Origin: Eledone cirrhosa
Lineage: Eukaryota
Assembly (NCBI GenBank): GCA_964016885.1
Contig: OZ024740.1
Coordinates: forward strand, 255,440,001-255,504,000
Length of the DNA stretch: 64,000 nt
Direction: 5' to 3'
Positions 27,284 through 37,973 of this stretch are shown piece after piece (positions within the stretch are counted from its first letter, which is position 1; every line of letters starts with the position of its first letter). Made by a program: the position numbers and the translations under genes. Under the pieces are notes generated by a model. That model was given only the letters and a program-made list of their open reading frames with translations, did not search any database and was not told the origin of the DNA.

Positions 27284-27316
<33 letters not shown>
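22723..27316 (+). mobile_element. Apparently full-length R4/Dong-like RLE non-LTR retrotransposon
   Basis: Bounded by (TAA)n at 22674-22722 and a (TAA)n tail at about 27272-27316, with a single RT-RLE ORF. The approximately 1.08-kb leader is assumed to be 5'UTR. Confidence 0.8.
23805..27197 (+). CDS. Non-LTR retrotransposon polyprotein: reverse transcriptase, CCHC zinc finger and restriction-like endonuclease (R4/Dong clade)
   Basis: Intact 1130-aa ORF with RT motifs KSPGPDG, YRPITCL, DYRKAFD, GIFQGDSLSPLLF and FMDD, followed by CRIC..ETVAHIVSEC, RHD, RPD..D and EK..Y..L. Confidence 0.93.
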   Translation: METRTSCDRLSPNRCPLAQQQEPDCQPNTADVGGRRRRKGARTNWTKELNRTVMQCYLKSNPKERGYRRRMHNIWNEIGLFKLDEQKLAGQARVIRTNGWISELELEELSRENGLEMAGVVCQTSEPAGNEGEEVLRTEEPPEADNDLNTEIHNTWNRDTATEEMNADGLGQDSVDILNLVVDELNNDSGRPMNLRFVERKKLKETTAKVNKVIPYLEARSLHQCNNILKATANTVRKLLGIKARGNNRQERAEPWWKKRLSGQIGEMRNDIGKLESLLNGTLKNIGTKNRLEIKYKTRSKKLNIIIEELKQRIVAKSAKIRRYENRVSQYKQNRMFDNNQKMLFGQLEGKERGNDLIPGAEQAKTFWRGIWEQDVRHNAQAGWIETVQREIGEQAQQQTDLSITVETLKGQAKKLTNWKSPGPDGVQGYWIKHLTSLHPKLTAMFNDCLVSGEVPEWLTKGTTVLIMKDRIKGNDVTNYRPITCLPVMWKLLTSIVSEEICHHLHTNNLLPDEQKGCRKKSRGTKDQLLIDKMVMRNCRRRHTDLAMGWIDYRKAFDMVPHSWITKSLEIFRVADNIRQLLGRSMGSWETELTSTGVSLGSVKIKRGIFQGDSLSPLLFVLALMPLTIMLRKVRAGYKLGRGELTINHLLFMDDLKLFGKSEKELDVLVDTVRIFNSDICMQFGIGKCGVIVMKRGRLSRSNGIQIPTGEMIKEIDSEEGYKYLGVLEADGIKNKKMKELLRTEYIRRVRSVLKSHLNSRNAISAVNSRAVSIIRYSAGILRWNVAEEKEMDRKTRKLLTIYNMFHKRSDVDRLYLRRSEGGRGLISIEDCVQMEKNNLYKYVTYSKEPMLRTVLKEGTVGQGMSKEEITSRRKSSLKGKSLHSTFFEKTEFRDPQTWNWLRRGNLKKATEGMLMAAQEQALKTKWLKHHIYKEEASPLCRICGEREETVAHIVSECKHLAQTHYKGWRHDVMGRVIHWHLCKVNNLPHSEKWYEHRPEAVMENSQVKVLWDFRIQTDKKLEHNRPDLVVVDKEKRSCLIVDVACPFDTRVQEKEREKINRYQDLKWEVKRIWNCHEVKVIPIDIGALGTISKGFQGWLKKIGPFTLFGTLKKACLLGTAKTLRYVLNI

Positions 27317-27317
<1 letters not shown>

Positions 27318-27428
27318 GTTGTTGTTGTTGTTGTTGTTGTTCTTCTTCTTCTTCTTCTTCTTCTTCTTCTTCTTTTTCTTCTTCTTCTTCTTCTTCTTCT
27401 TCTTCTTCTTCTTCTTCTTCTTCTTCTT

Positions 27429-27456
<28 letters not shown>
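27272..27456. repeat. Compound microsatellite (AAT)n-(GTT)n-(CTT)n
   Basis: Visible directly in the sequence. Confidence 0.95.
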
Positions 27457-27459
<3 letters not shown>

Positions 27460-27667
27460 AAAGAGATCGTATGGTGGACGCGTCTGAAAGGGTTGAAGAC
27501 GGCTACTTTCCTCTTCGGTGATACCCTCATTAACTTTTTCAGGTTTCACCTGAAAAGCAAAATCAGAGTGAAGAGGGATGTGCTGTCTTCCAGCTAGTTT
27601 GTTGAAAGGTGGGTAAGAGAGGCAAGAATGGCCCGTGTGAATGGGCCTACACTGAGCGTGTGCATCG
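27457..27667 (+). mobile_element. Fragment of the Tx1-family ORF2 C-terminus
   Basis: KEIVWWTRLKGLKTATFLFGDTLINFFRFHLK matches the ORF2 end of the other copies. Confidence 0.88.
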
Positions 27668-28712
27668 TAGGAGTCTCATTGATGTTATTTATTTAACATT
27701 GATGTCAGTTAGTTAACTGGAAAGTTTGTTGAAATGATATCAAGCCGCTACCTGCAGTCTCAGATATTCAGGACGTATCGAAGGGTTCTTGCTGTTCCCA
27801 GCATGCATGACTTTTGAAGTGTTCCAAAAATCGGGGCTGGACTAATCTTCTTTAACCATACTTGAGATAGTACCTAGTGCTCCTATGACAATCGGGACGA
27901 CCTTGATCTCATGACAGTCCCAAATCATTTGTAACTCCCACTTTAAATCCTGGTATCGGTTAATTTTCTCCTTCTCCTTTTCTTGCACTCTCGTGTCAAA
28001 TGGGTAGGCTAGATATACAATCAGGCACGATCTTTTTTCCTTGTCAAAAACCACCAAGTCAGGCCTATTGTGTTCTAACTTCTTGTCCGTCTGTATGCTA
28101 AAATCCTTCACCTGATTGTTTTCTGTCACCGACTCTGGCTTATGCTCATACCACTTCTCATACCACTTTGGCTCCCTACCGTCGGTCACATATTTGTGCA
28201 GGTTGTTTTTCTCCATCTGAACACAGTCCTCTATGATAATAAGACCTCTTCCATTTTCGTCACTCCTCTTGTGGAACATGTTGTAGATAGTCAATAGCTT
28301 CCTAGTCTTCCTATCCATTTCTTTTAGTTCAGTAATATTCCATTTCAGAATTCCAGCACTGTACATAATAATAGACACAGCTGGGAATTTACTGCACTTA
28401 TGACATTCCTACTATTTAGATATGATTTTAGTACGCTCCTTACTCTCCTTATGTATTCAGATCTTATCAATTCCTTCATTTTTTTGTTCTTGATGTCATC
28501 TGCCTTCAGAACACTCAAATATGTGTATCCGTCAAACTATCTCCTTGGAAGATATCTCTCTTTATCTTCACGCCTCCCAAGATTCTCCACCTGATGTTAA
28601 CTGTGTCCCCAGGACTTCATACTTTTACTTAATAGCTGTTTGATGTAGTCTGCCACCTAGAAGATCTCTAGGCCTTTGGTTATCCAAATAATGTACCATG
28701 TCGAATGCCTTT
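27668..28712 (-). pseudogene. Degenerate, internally deleted R4/Dong-like copy
   Basis: ORF 27842-28378 is homologous to the C-terminal half of 23805-27197 (EMDRKTRKLLTIYNMFHKRSD; HNRPDLVV). The copy starts at KAFDMV next to a (TAA)n tract on its sense strand. Confidence 0.9.
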
Positions 28713-28734
28713 ATTATTATTATTATTATTTAAT

Positions 28735-28820
28735 TTTGCCTTTCATCATTACGGGTCGATAAAATAAAGTACCAGTAATGTACCGATTAATTGCTGGCCT
28801 TGTGCCAAAAAGCAGAAACA
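28735..28820 (+). mobile_element. 5'-truncated SINE copy
   Basis: tttgcctttcatc...gggtcgataaaataaagtaccag...ggccttgtgccaaaaagcagaaaca, with (TTA)n on both sides. Confidence 0.85.
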
Positions 28821-28868
<48 letters not shown>

Positions 28869-28869
<1 letters not shown>

Positions 28870-31455
28870 GCGAACTACGTAGGAAATCGAATTATCGTTA
28901 GCTCCGCAAAGGTTTGTTGTTTTCAGTTGTTTCAAATTGCCAGTTATGAAACATTTTTGTTGTTAAGTGCTTATAAGTTCACATATATTGCTTTCTGAAA
29001 AGGACACAAAAAGATATTAGAGCCTTGAGCCCAAAATTTACACTTTTATAATTATAAAACAAAAACTTTCTTTGAAAAAAACATGGACGACTCTCAGCCA
29101 CACAAAGCTGACAGACTTCCCAACAAACTAACACCTCACATCAACACCACCATTATAAATATTACTACATTTGCCAACACTAAAAATATAAGCAGTGGCA
29201 ATAATTTAAATTTGTCTCAGGCAGACATTCATTTCCCGCCATTACCAATAACTGCAGGTGTTAAAGCCGCCGACACCACAGCGACAACAGAAACAAAAAA
29301 AAAATTATTATCTCGTGTCATCGAAATGGATTCACCCAGAATCGACTCTTCCACGCCGAACACCACTGACACCACCACCACCACCACCACCACCACCACC
29401 ACCACAACTGAAACTAAAAATAACAATAACAACAACAGCAACAATAATGAGAATAACAACAACAGCATCAACACCACCGCAAAACAAAATGTGTCGTTTG
29501 TCAAAGCAGCCAAGAAAACCGAAACAATCGAGGTAAGCCAGGATGAATTAAATGAAGCCAAGAGAATGGTAAAAAATATGGGTACAGGGTCCCCCCTCCC
29601 ATCTAATAAAATGGAGCATCGGCGCCTATGCACCGTGTCATATCGGACGATAAACACAAAATCACGCCGAGTGGAACGGGCATCCGAGTCCCAGATACAA
29701 AAAGCTTTGGGGCATGTGTAGGCGAAAAAACCACACATCAGACGTGAGCAGAAATATGGAACCGTGGACGTGTTCTTTGGAACACCACAGGAAACCAGAG
29801 AGCACTCCATTACCCCATTAAGAAGTTCACACTCGTCCCAAGCTATTGTGGTCAGAAACTCGTGAAGATCAGGGTGACGCACGTTCCACCGGCCATCAAA
29901 ATACCCTGGCTAATGGCTGCCGTCCTCGCCGATATCGAGGCCAACACGAAAATAATTGAGGTAACAAAAGAAAAGCAGGCGAACTGGTCGGGATCTGGGA
30001 TGGAGCTCCTGATCCAAGCAGACCTAAAAAACATTGAGGAGATCCCAGCGGTAATAGACCTCAATGACGGCAGCCACCTCACCGTAATCATTAAGGGTAG
30101 AAGGCCTAGGTGTGTCGTTTGTGGCGAAGGAACTCACCTAAAGGCTTTCTGCCCTCAGGCTAAAAAGTTGAGGCCATCTCTCCTACCCACCCCAGTGACT
30201 CAACCATCAAAACCACCAGCAGCAGAAATGGCAGCAACAACTGTAGCAGCAACAACCCCAGCAACAGTAGCAAAACCAACCTCACCACCACCACCACGCG
30301 CGCCAGAATTAGCACCAGCGCCTCCACCATCCACCACACCACAACCAAAACCAACGCCTGTGGAGGATTTTCCACTCCCCGACCTATCCCAACTGGAGAC
30401 AGATTGTGACGACGAGGAGGAGTGGGAAATGGTATCTGGAAAAAAGAAAAAAAAAAGAACCCAAGGAAGAAAAAATCCTCTTCCTTCGCCATCCAAAAAC
30501 AAAATGCAGGGGGAAACAAATAAGCAAACAAACAAAAAAGTTAAGACAGCTATGCCACCACCCACACCAGCTTCAACAGCCCCATCACCACAAACACCAA
30601 CACCATCACCATCATTAACCCCAACACCACAAAAATAACCAAAAAGCGAAACAGAAACAAACCAACAACAAACGCAAACAAAACAAAACAACCAAAACGA
30701 TACACACTACACAGCATTAAATTTGAACGACAACCAATTATTACACTACATCCAACACAACACCAGCATCACCGAAAAAGGCTACACAACACCCCAAAAA
30801 TTCACACGACCTCCACACATACAAATCACTCGCATCACACAGAAAACGTACACGACACTAAAACAAAAATTCCCCAAGGACATCGGAGACTTCCGACAAA
30901 CACTCTCCAGGAGGATTTATAAGGACATCCTTCCGGAGGAGGCCACAAGCAGTGAGAAGGATGGAGAAACTATCCTTCCTCTACGAGAAGTGAGGTTAGT
31001 GGTCTTTCCCATCTTTTTCCATTCCTTTTCAACATGACCTCACTCAGAATAGGCAGCATAAATGCGCGTGGCTTGGGGTCATCATGGAAGCAGGGCCACT
31101 TGCTCAACGACCTCAGGTCACTAAATATAGATATGATGCCCATCAGCGAGACCAGAATCTCCGAAGCACGAGCCTTCGCACCGATCTTCGGCGGCTACGA
31201 TGTGTACGCATCTCCCAGCCGTCCTGGATCGGGGGGAGGAGTTGCTGTGCTTTTTCGGAGAGGTTTGGATCTCGCCATACGGGCCATCTTCCTGGACCCA
31301 GAAGGTAAGTTGGTGGTGCTGGACGTGACCAGGGGAGACGGATAAGCTTTCAGGCTAGTGGCCGTCTATGCCCCGACAGGAGCAGGGCGGCCTGATTTCT
31401 TCCGGCGTTTGGAGACCTTTCTTGGAACGTCCCGCTCTTTAGTGTTAGTGGGCGA
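28869..31455 (+). mobile_element. Tx1-clade element, 5' part (5'UTR, disrupted ORF1 from 29083 to about 31000, start of ORF2 APE from 31034), truncated at the inversion breakpoint
   Basis: The 5' end is homologous to the copies at 47850 and 58204. It has the knuckle CVVCGEGTHLKAFC and ORF2 start MTSLRIGSINARGL. Homology stops at 31455. Confidence 0.9.
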
Positions 31456-31992
31456 TGTGGTTATTGTTATTTTTGTTATTATTATTTTTTTTTCTATCAG
31501 TTGTTGCTGTGATGGTGGTGTCGTCAGTGGCGTTTGACGTAACATGTACTCTTCCACATTGGCAAAGGTGGAAAGTCTATGTCCGCCCGTGGAAAACTTT
31601 GGTGACTGCTATTGATGGTACTGCTGCTGCTATTAGCGAAAACGTTATCGGCTTTAGCAATTGTAAGAATGTTCAAAATGGTGGTGGTGGTGGTGGTGGT
31701 GGTGGGAGTAGTGTCTATGTTAGAGTTGCTGTCACGTGACAGCTGGCCTAATTTGGGGAGGGATATACCGTCCATGTTTTTTCTTAAAAAAAAAAAATTG
31801 TTTGTTTGACAAAATAAAGTTTAAATTTAGGGCTGAAGGCCCCAATATTATTGAGTGTCTTTTTCAGAAAACAATATATATGAATTTATAAGCAGTTAAC
31901 AACAAAAGTTTTGCATAACTAGCAATTCAAAACAACTGAAAACAACAAACATTTAGGAGCACATGATAAAACGTTTACCTACGTAAATCGCC
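31456..31992 (-). mobile_element. 5'UTR and ORF1 N-terminus of a Tx1-clade element (subfamily B), displaced by inversion
   Basis: The reverse complement starts ggcgatttacgtagg after (ATT)n. ORF 31524-31775 contains ADIDFPPLP, compared with ADIHFPPLP in the other ORF1s. Confidence 0.85.
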
Positions 31993-32016
31993 AATAATAA
32001 TAATGATAATAATAAT

Positions 32017-32093
32017 TGTTTCTACTTTTGGCACAAGGCCAGCAATTATCCCAGTGCATTACTGGTACTTTATTTTATCGACCCTATAAGGAT
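32017..32093 (-). mobile_element. 5'-truncated SINE copy
   Basis: Matches 22490-22564 and is flanked by AAT repeats on both sides. Confidence 0.85.
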
Positions 32094-32101
32094 CGATAAT
32101 G

Positions 32102-32165
<64 letters not shown>

Positions 32166-32425
32166 TTTCTTTATTAACCACAAGGGTTTACATAAAGTAG
32201 ACATTAAGGACAGTGCAGGACAATGCAGGACGGTACAAATGGGCATTTCTGCGTGTAAAAAAACAAAAACAGAGGATGTAACAAAAATAACAATGAAAAT
32301 AACAATGAAAAATTCCCCAATAGGGGGGAGACTTCGGAGGGACATTTGTGGAGAAAGCCCAGTAAAAAGCCACAATGACCCTGACCACCAAGGCAAGTGC
32401 CCTCTCCCAGTTTTCCACCTTTAGT

Positions 32426-35400
32426 TTACAGATATATACTCAGAGTCGGCCCATTCACTCGGGCCATTCTTGCTTCTCTCACCCATCTTTCAACAAAATG
32501 CTGGGAAGAGAGCACTTCCTTCTCTACTCTGATTTTCCTTTTCAAATGAAATTTGAAAAAGTCAATCAGAGCATCACCGAAGAGGTAAGTGCTCGTCTTC
32601 AGCCCTTTCAAACGTGTCCACCATACTATCTCTTTCGCCATGGCCACCAGACAGATAAAAACTGCCTGCCCTTCCCGGCTAAAGGAAGAGGGCGGGGCAA
32701 TCCTCACGATAGACTCAGATGATAGCTGGATCCGTCCTAAACGCGACAGCAGGTGTTCGACATAAACCCACAAGTCAGCAATTTTCGGACACTGGACGAG
32801 TGCGTGCAGGACGGTTTCGTCGCCCTGCGCGCATCTCGGACATGCCCGGCTGACGGCACCTCCATGCCTGTAGAGTTTATCCCGAACTGGCAAGGCTCCT
32901 CGGTAGCACTGCCAGGCCAGAGATTTCTGGAAGTTGTCCATAGGCCCTGGCCCGAAAGTTCTTCCGAAGAGATTGGCTAGTTGATTTTCGTCGACGCCTA
33001 GAGTTTCCCCAAGTACGTCGTCGCTCTTCCCCTCCACTAATCCTCTATAGAACGCCGAGGTGGAGTTTCCACCGATCACATTGCCCGATTGGTCGAGGGC
33101 TGTGAGCGCCTGAAGACATTCCAGTCTCCAGGCGCTCCCTCTCGGTCTTCGCTTGACCCAGGACTGCAGCTCCGTCAAGGAAACGAGCTGGGGAAAAACG
33201 CGTCTAGCAAACGGCGACCACACCTGATCACCGTCGAGGAAGAGGTGGAGATGTCGTAGCCTGAGCGCGTGCCTGCGCATCATCAGCCACGGCATGCCCA
33301 GCCCTCCACGTAGCGGGTGTTGACAACAGATGGACCGCCTGACCATCGGAGCACGTCCCTTCCACAAAAAGCGAAAGAGCAAACGCTCCAGCGCAGTCAG
33401 GCGAGGCTTAGGACAAGGTACGACGGTTAGGCGGTAGCAGATGACAGACGCGATGTACGCGTTAGCCACCTCCGCTCGACCTTTCAGGGATAGCTTCCTC
33501 TCCGCCCATTTCTGGGTGAGAGAAGCCACCCTGCTCGTCACCTCGTCCCAGTTTTTGTCCGTCTGGAGGTCCGGACCGAACCAGACCCCTAGCAATTTAA
33601 CCGGTCCGTCCGTCCAGCGCCCGACGACGCTGTTGGACGGCATGGACCTGCCTCTCCAGGTGCCGAGCTGCAGGCCCACTGACTTTTCCTGGTTGATCAT
33701 TGCTCCTGTCACCGCTTCGTATTCTCTTAGTGTAGTGCCGATCGCCTCGATGTGTTTGGCGTTCGACACCACTACGGTGACATCGTCCGCATATGCTGAC
33801 ACGGATCTTCCGCATCCTAGTTCGCGCGGGACTCCCCTCAACGTCTCCAGTTTGTGCAGTAATGGCTCGAGAGTCAATACGTACAAGAGGGACGAGAGGG
33901 GACATCCTTGGCGGACCGAGCGCATGATGTTGAACGGTTCCGACAGGTGACCGTTCACTCTCACCACAGAGCAGATGTCGCTGTGCATGGCAGCGATCCA
34001 GCCTCTGAAGACGGGCCCAAAGCCAGCCGCCCTCAGGACTGCCGCTAGGTAACGATGGTCGACCCTATCGAAAGCTTTCGACTGATCTAAATTGATCAAG
34101 GACCCACCCGTGCCAGGTTCCCTAGCTACCCTCTCTACGATGTATCGCATGAGGTGGAGGTTGTCGTGGATGGATCTGTCGGGAATGGCGCATGTCTGCG
34201 CCTCTCCCACCAGACCACCAACGACAAGCGCCAACCTCTTTGCTAGCACCTTGGCCAAAATCTTAAACTCTGTGTTTAGCAGAGTTATGGGCCGGAAATT
34301 GTCTATGTTATCCCCCTTGTTCGGATCCTTTCTCAGCAGTGCCACCGCTCCTCGGCTCACAGAACTGGGAATTCTCCCGTTCTGTTGCCAGTTGCAGTAG
34401 ACGTCCGCCAAGAGGCCTCCGAACAAGTCTGGCATCTGTACGTAAAGTTCATAGGGCAGACCATCCAAACCAGGCGATTTACCCCTTGTGCAGCCAGTCA
34501 TTGCCTCCCGTACTTCAGCGGCTGTTATCGGCTTTTCGCAACACTTCGCCTCAGTGGCCGAGAGCCGCGGCAGTCCGTCGAGGTAGACACTAAAGTCCAT
34601 CCCTCTACCCGGCCCCCCGCTTCCCCCGAACAGCTGAGCGAAGTGTCGCTGAAAAGCTTCACACATTTGCCCGGGATCGAGTAGCATGCGCCCGTCGTGG
34701 TCCACCAAAGACCGGATCGTGGCTTTGTTGCCACGACGCGCCTCCGCCACTCGGGCCCATTGAACGGCTTTCGTCCCCTCGTGTCTGAGAGCACGCACCC
34801 TAGCTCTGACAACGCAGCCTTCGTGCTTTGCATTGAAGAATTGGTCAAGGGCCAATTTCGCCGCAAGCACGTCGGTCGCAATGCCTTTGCTAAGCGCCTC
34901 GTCTAATTTTCTAACTAGTTCTCCCTCTGCTCTATTTTTCTCTATTGCTAAAGCCTTACTAAACCTAATCGATTCTATTCTAATCGCTCTTTTCAGAGCA
35001 AACCACCACTTGTTGTTGACGATGGCCCCCGTCAACGCCCGCTTAACTAGTTCGCTAATCCGGTCTCTGTAGGCCTTGCGCGCTGGTAAGGACGCGTTTA
35101 GCTTCCAGTAGCCGGGTCCTCGTCTATGAAGCCTATCTAAGTCAAGCACACAGATCACGAATTTGTGGTCCGTGTAGCTGACTATCTTGAATTGTGGACA
35201 GCCTATGCTAGACCTATCTATTTCCCTACAAAATACTCTATCTAGATATGATCTGGATGACCCTATGCGGTTTGTCCAAGTCCACATTGGCACATTCGGG
35301 AAATCCAATCGGTACCTGTCAGACAGTTCAAAACGCCTGAGCAGGTTGGTGAGGCTCTTGCACCCTCCACCCCTATCCGCTAATCCCACACAGTCCCAGC

Positions 35401-35845
35401 GTGCATCTAAGATCCCGTTCCAGTCGCCCACTAACACTAAAGAGCGGGACGTTCCAAGAAAGGTCTCCAGACGCCGGAAGAAATCAGGCCGCCCTGCTCC
35501 TGTCGGGGCATAGACGGCCACTAGCCTGAAAGCTTGCCCGTCTCCGCTGGTCACGTCCAGCACCACCAGCTTACCCTCTGGGTCCAGGAAGATGGCCCGT
35601 ATGGCGAGATCCAAACCTCTCCGAAAAAGCACAGCAACTCCTCCACCCGATCCAGGACGGCTGGGAGATGCGTACACATCGTAGCCGCCGAAGATCGGTG
35701 CGAAGGCCCGTGCTTCGGAGATTCTGGTCTCGCTGATGGCCACTACATCTATGTTTAGTGACCTGAGGTCGTTGAGCAGGTGACCCTGCTTCCATGACGA
35801 CCCCAAGCCACGCGCATTTATGCTGCCTATTCTGAGTGAGGTCAT
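32426..35845 (-). CDS. ORF2: APE endonuclease, reverse transcriptase and C-terminal CCHC zinc finger (Tx1 clade)
   Basis: 1139 aa. APE motifs SINARGL, ISET, GGGVA, VYAP, GDWN, SYLDR, TDH, WKLN; RT motifs KSPGLDG, FRPITLLN, DQSKAFD, RQGCPLS, YADD; zinc finger CPRC..ETVLHALVQC. Confidence 0.95.
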   Translation of the reverse strand: MTSLRIGSINARGLGSSWKQGHLLNDLRSLNIDVVAISETRISEARAFAPIFGGYDVYASPSRPGSGGGVAVLFRRGLDLAIRAIFLDPEGKLVVLDVTSGDGQAFRLVAVYAPTGAGRPDFFRRLETFLGTSRSLVLVGDWNGILDARWDCVGLADRGGGCKSLTNLLRRFELSDRYRLDFPNVPMWTWTNRIGSSRSYLDRVFCREIDRSSIGCPQFKIVSYTDHKFVICVLDLDRLHRRGPGYWKLNASLPARKAYRDRISELVKRALTGAIVNNKWWFALKRAIRIESIRFSKALAIEKNRAEGELVRKLDEALSKGIATDVLAAKLALDQFFNAKHEGCVVRARVRALRHEGTKAVQWARVAEARRGNKATIRSLVDHDGRMLLDPGQMCEAFQRHFAQLFGGSGGPGRGMDFSVYLDGLPRLSATEAKCCEKPITAAEVREAMTGCTRGKSPGLDGLPYELYVQMPDLFGGLLADVYCNWQQNGRIPSSVSRGAVALLRKDPNKGDNIDNFRPITLLNTEFKILAKVLAKRLALVVGGLVGEAQTCAIPDRSIHDNLHLMRYIVERVAREPGTGGSLINLDQSKAFDRVDHRYLAAVLRAAGFGPVFRGWIAAMHSDICSVVRVNGHLSEPFNIMRSVRQGCPLSSLLYVLTLEPLLHKLETLRGVPRELGCGRSVSAYADDVTVVVSNAKHIEAIGTTLREYEAVTGAMINQEKSVGLQLGTWRGRSMPSNSVVGRWTDGPVKLLGVWFGPDLQTDKNWDEVTSRVASLTQKWAERKLSLKGRAEVANAYIASVICYRLTVVPCPKPRLTALERLLFRFLWKGRAPMVRRSICCQHPLRGGLGMPWLMMRRHALRLRHLHLFLDGDQVWSPFARRVFPQLVSLTELQSWVKRRPRGSAWRLECLQALTALDQSGNVIGGNSTSAFYRGLVEGKSDDVLGETLGVDENQLANLFGRTFGPGPMDNFQKSLAWQCYRGALPVRDKLYRHGGAVSRACPRCAQGDETVLHALVQCPKIADLWVYVEHLLSRLGRIQLSSESIVRIAPPSSFSREGQAVFICLVAMAKEIVWWTRLKGLKTSTYLFGDALIDFFKFHLKRKIRVEKEVLSSQHFVERWVREARMARVNGPTLSIYL

Positions 35846-35879
35846 GTTTAAATAGAGTGGAAAAGATGGGAAAGACCAC

Positions 35880-37973
35880 TTACCGTACTTTTGGTAGAGG
35901 AGGGATGGTTTTTACATCCCTTTTCACTTGATCGTCGGGTGAAGGGACCGTTGAATCGTTCCTTCGGCTGGTCGTCGGCTCTTCTAAGAGAATGTCTGAA
36001 TATACTCTTCGATTGATGGTTCCTCCTAGGTCCCTGAAATCACCAACTGTGTTGGGGAATTTCGTTTTAATGTTTGTGTATTGTTTCTGTGCTATTTTTA
36101 GCAGTCTTATGTTAGTTGGCGTTTTGATTGGTGCTGGTATTATGTAGTCCTGTTGTGAAATGTCTGTGTGTTCAATTATGTAAGTCATTAGTTTCTTGTT
36201 GTGTGTGTTTATTGCCGTGCATTTGTTTTTCTGGGGGTGGGGTGTGGTTCTGCTATTTTCTTGTCGTTGTTGCTGGGTGTGTGTGTTTTGTTGTTGTGTT
36301 TGCGATGTTGGTGCTTGTGGTGGTGGTGTTGAAGGTGTTGTTGGCGGTGGGGTTGTCGCCGGTGGTGATGGTGGTGCTGGTGTGGGTGGTGATGGTGTTG
36401 GTGGTGTTGCTGCTGTGGGTCTCTTTGCAGTAGACTTTACCCTTTTCTCATTTCTTTCCTCCCTTTTCAAAGGCGACGATGCGCTGCTTCTGCGTTTGTG
36501 CCTTCTTGCGACCTTTTGCCATCCCTCTCCCACCTCACACTCCATGTCTGATTCTGTAAGGTCGGGGAGGGGTACCAGCTCCACTCTTTCACTTGTTGTT
36601 GTTGGTGATGTTTGCACTGGAGTCTCTGTTGCAGCTGCATTTGGTATTGCTGTTGTTGTTGTTAATATTTCCACTGCTGCTGCTGTCTTTGATTTCCGTG
36701 GAGTGGGTATGGGTGCCACGGACCTATCGTTCCTGGTTGCCGCTTGTCCTGTTGCTGGTAGCCGTGGAGCCGGATTCGGAAGGAGGGGGGTTTTCTCCTT
36801 TCTCAGGGTCTTCTTGTTGCAGAAGGCCCTGAGGTGAGTCTTCGATCCACAGCGAAAGCATTTCGGGCGTTTGCCCTCAACACTTATGGGCAGTTGAGTG
36901 CCGTTATCGAAGTCTATCACATCCGGGATAGCTTCGATGCACTCCTGGTTGGTTTGGATTAGCATCTCAATGGAGGAGCCGACCCAATCTTCTCTTACTT
37001 TTTTCTGTACTTGCAGTACAGTTGTTTTGTCCTCGATTCCGACGAGGACAGACGCGGCCAGCCAAGAAGGGGTCATTCCGGGGGGGACGTGGGTCAGTTT
37101 GACCCTCACAATTTTTTGCCCGCAGTAGGAGGGCACCAACACCATTTCCTCGCTCCTTAGGGTCACTACTGATTGGGCCTTTGCCTCCTGGGGTGTGGCA
37201 AAAAGTACGTCTACGGTGGCGTATTTTTTGCCTCGGGTGATGTGCGTTTTCCTCTGCCACACAGACCCCAAGGCTTTTTGTATTTGGGCCTCTGTGGCTC
37301 TTTCCACCCTACGGGATTTTGTACTTACTGTACGGTACGTGACCGTACAGTGCTCTTGGGTTTCGAAAAAATTTTTCGCTGCCTTGCAGATTGCTCGGTG
37401 TCCGTTCTTTGTCACCATCTTCTTCGCTTCCTCTAATTCCTCATTTGTTATGAGGATTGTTTCCAAGTTTTTCGCAATACCTGCAAATGAGATTGGTTTT
37501 TCTCTGCTGTTGTTGTTGTCGTCAGAGCTGCTGGTACTTTTGTTGCTGCAGGTACTACGACTACTGCCTCCGCCGCTGTTGCTGTGGTTGTTGTTGGTGT
37601 TGCTGCTGCTAATGCTGTTGTTGTTTATGCTGCTGGTGATGCTGTTGCGGCTGCTACTGTTGTTTTCATTGTCACTGTTGCTGTTGTTATTACGGCTGCT
37701 ACTGCTATTATTCCTGACGTCAGACGAATGAACTGGGTTTTCGTATTTCCTGCACACCTGTTTCGTCGCTGTCGTCGTCGTCGTGGAGAAACCTTGCACG
37801 CTTTGCACGAGACTTTTCTTTTCTTTCGTCGCTTGCGAAAGAGAAGGGAGGGAGAGAGACACATTTAAAGAAGGGAGGGAGAGAGACAATCTTCTCTCTG
37901 CTGTAGTGATGATTGAGGAAGAAGAAGACGGAATGAGTGGGAGTGACGTATGAAATTTCTTTTTGGTAGCCAT
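35880..37973 (-). CDS. ORF1: gag-like nucleic-acid-binding protein with a zinc knuckle and low-complexity N/S-rich and P/T-rich tracts
   Basis: Open frame 35880-38006, with the first ATG at 37973. Contains the knuckle CFRCGSKTHLRAFC (C-X2-C-X4-H-X4-C) and lies immediately upstream of ORF2. Confidence 0.88.
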   Translation of the reverse strand: MATKKKFHTSLPLIPSSSSSIITTAERRLSLSLPSLNVSLSLPSLSQATKEKKSLVQSVQGFSTTTTTATKQVCRKYENPVHSSDVRNNSSSSRNNNSNSDNENNSSSRNSITSSINNNSISSSNTNNNHSNSGGGSSRSTCSNKSTSSSDDNNNSREKPISFAGIAKNLETILITNEELEEAKKMVTKNGHRAICKAAKNFFETQEHCTVTYRTVSTKSRRVERATEAQIQKALGSVWQRKTHITRGKKYATVDVLFATPQEAKAQSVVTLRSEEMVLVPSYCGQKIVRVKLTHVPPGMTPSWLAASVLVGIEDKTTVLQVQKKVREDWVGSSIEMLIQTNQECIEAIPDVIDFDNGTQLPISVEGKRPKCFRCGSKTHLRAFCNKKTLRKEKTPLLPNPAPRLPATGQAATRNDRSVAPIPTPRKSKTAAAVEILTTTTAIPNAAATETPVQTSPTTTSERVELVPLPDLTESDMECEVGEGWQKVARRHKRRSSASSPLKREERNEKRVKSTAKRPTAATPPTPSPPTPAPPSPPATTPPPTTPSTPPPQAPTSQTQQQNTHTQQQRQENSRTTPHPQKNKCTAINTHNKKLMTYIIEHTDISQQDYIIPAPIKTPTNIRLLKIAQKQYTNIKTKFPNTVGDFRDLGGTINRRVYSDILLEEPTTSRRNDSTVPSPDDQVKRDVKTIPPLPKVR

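Noticed and set aside
33441-35513. Recurrent antisense ORFs within Tx1 ORF2 copies
   Set aside because: They recur only because the copies are near-identical and GC-rich, and they show no motifs.
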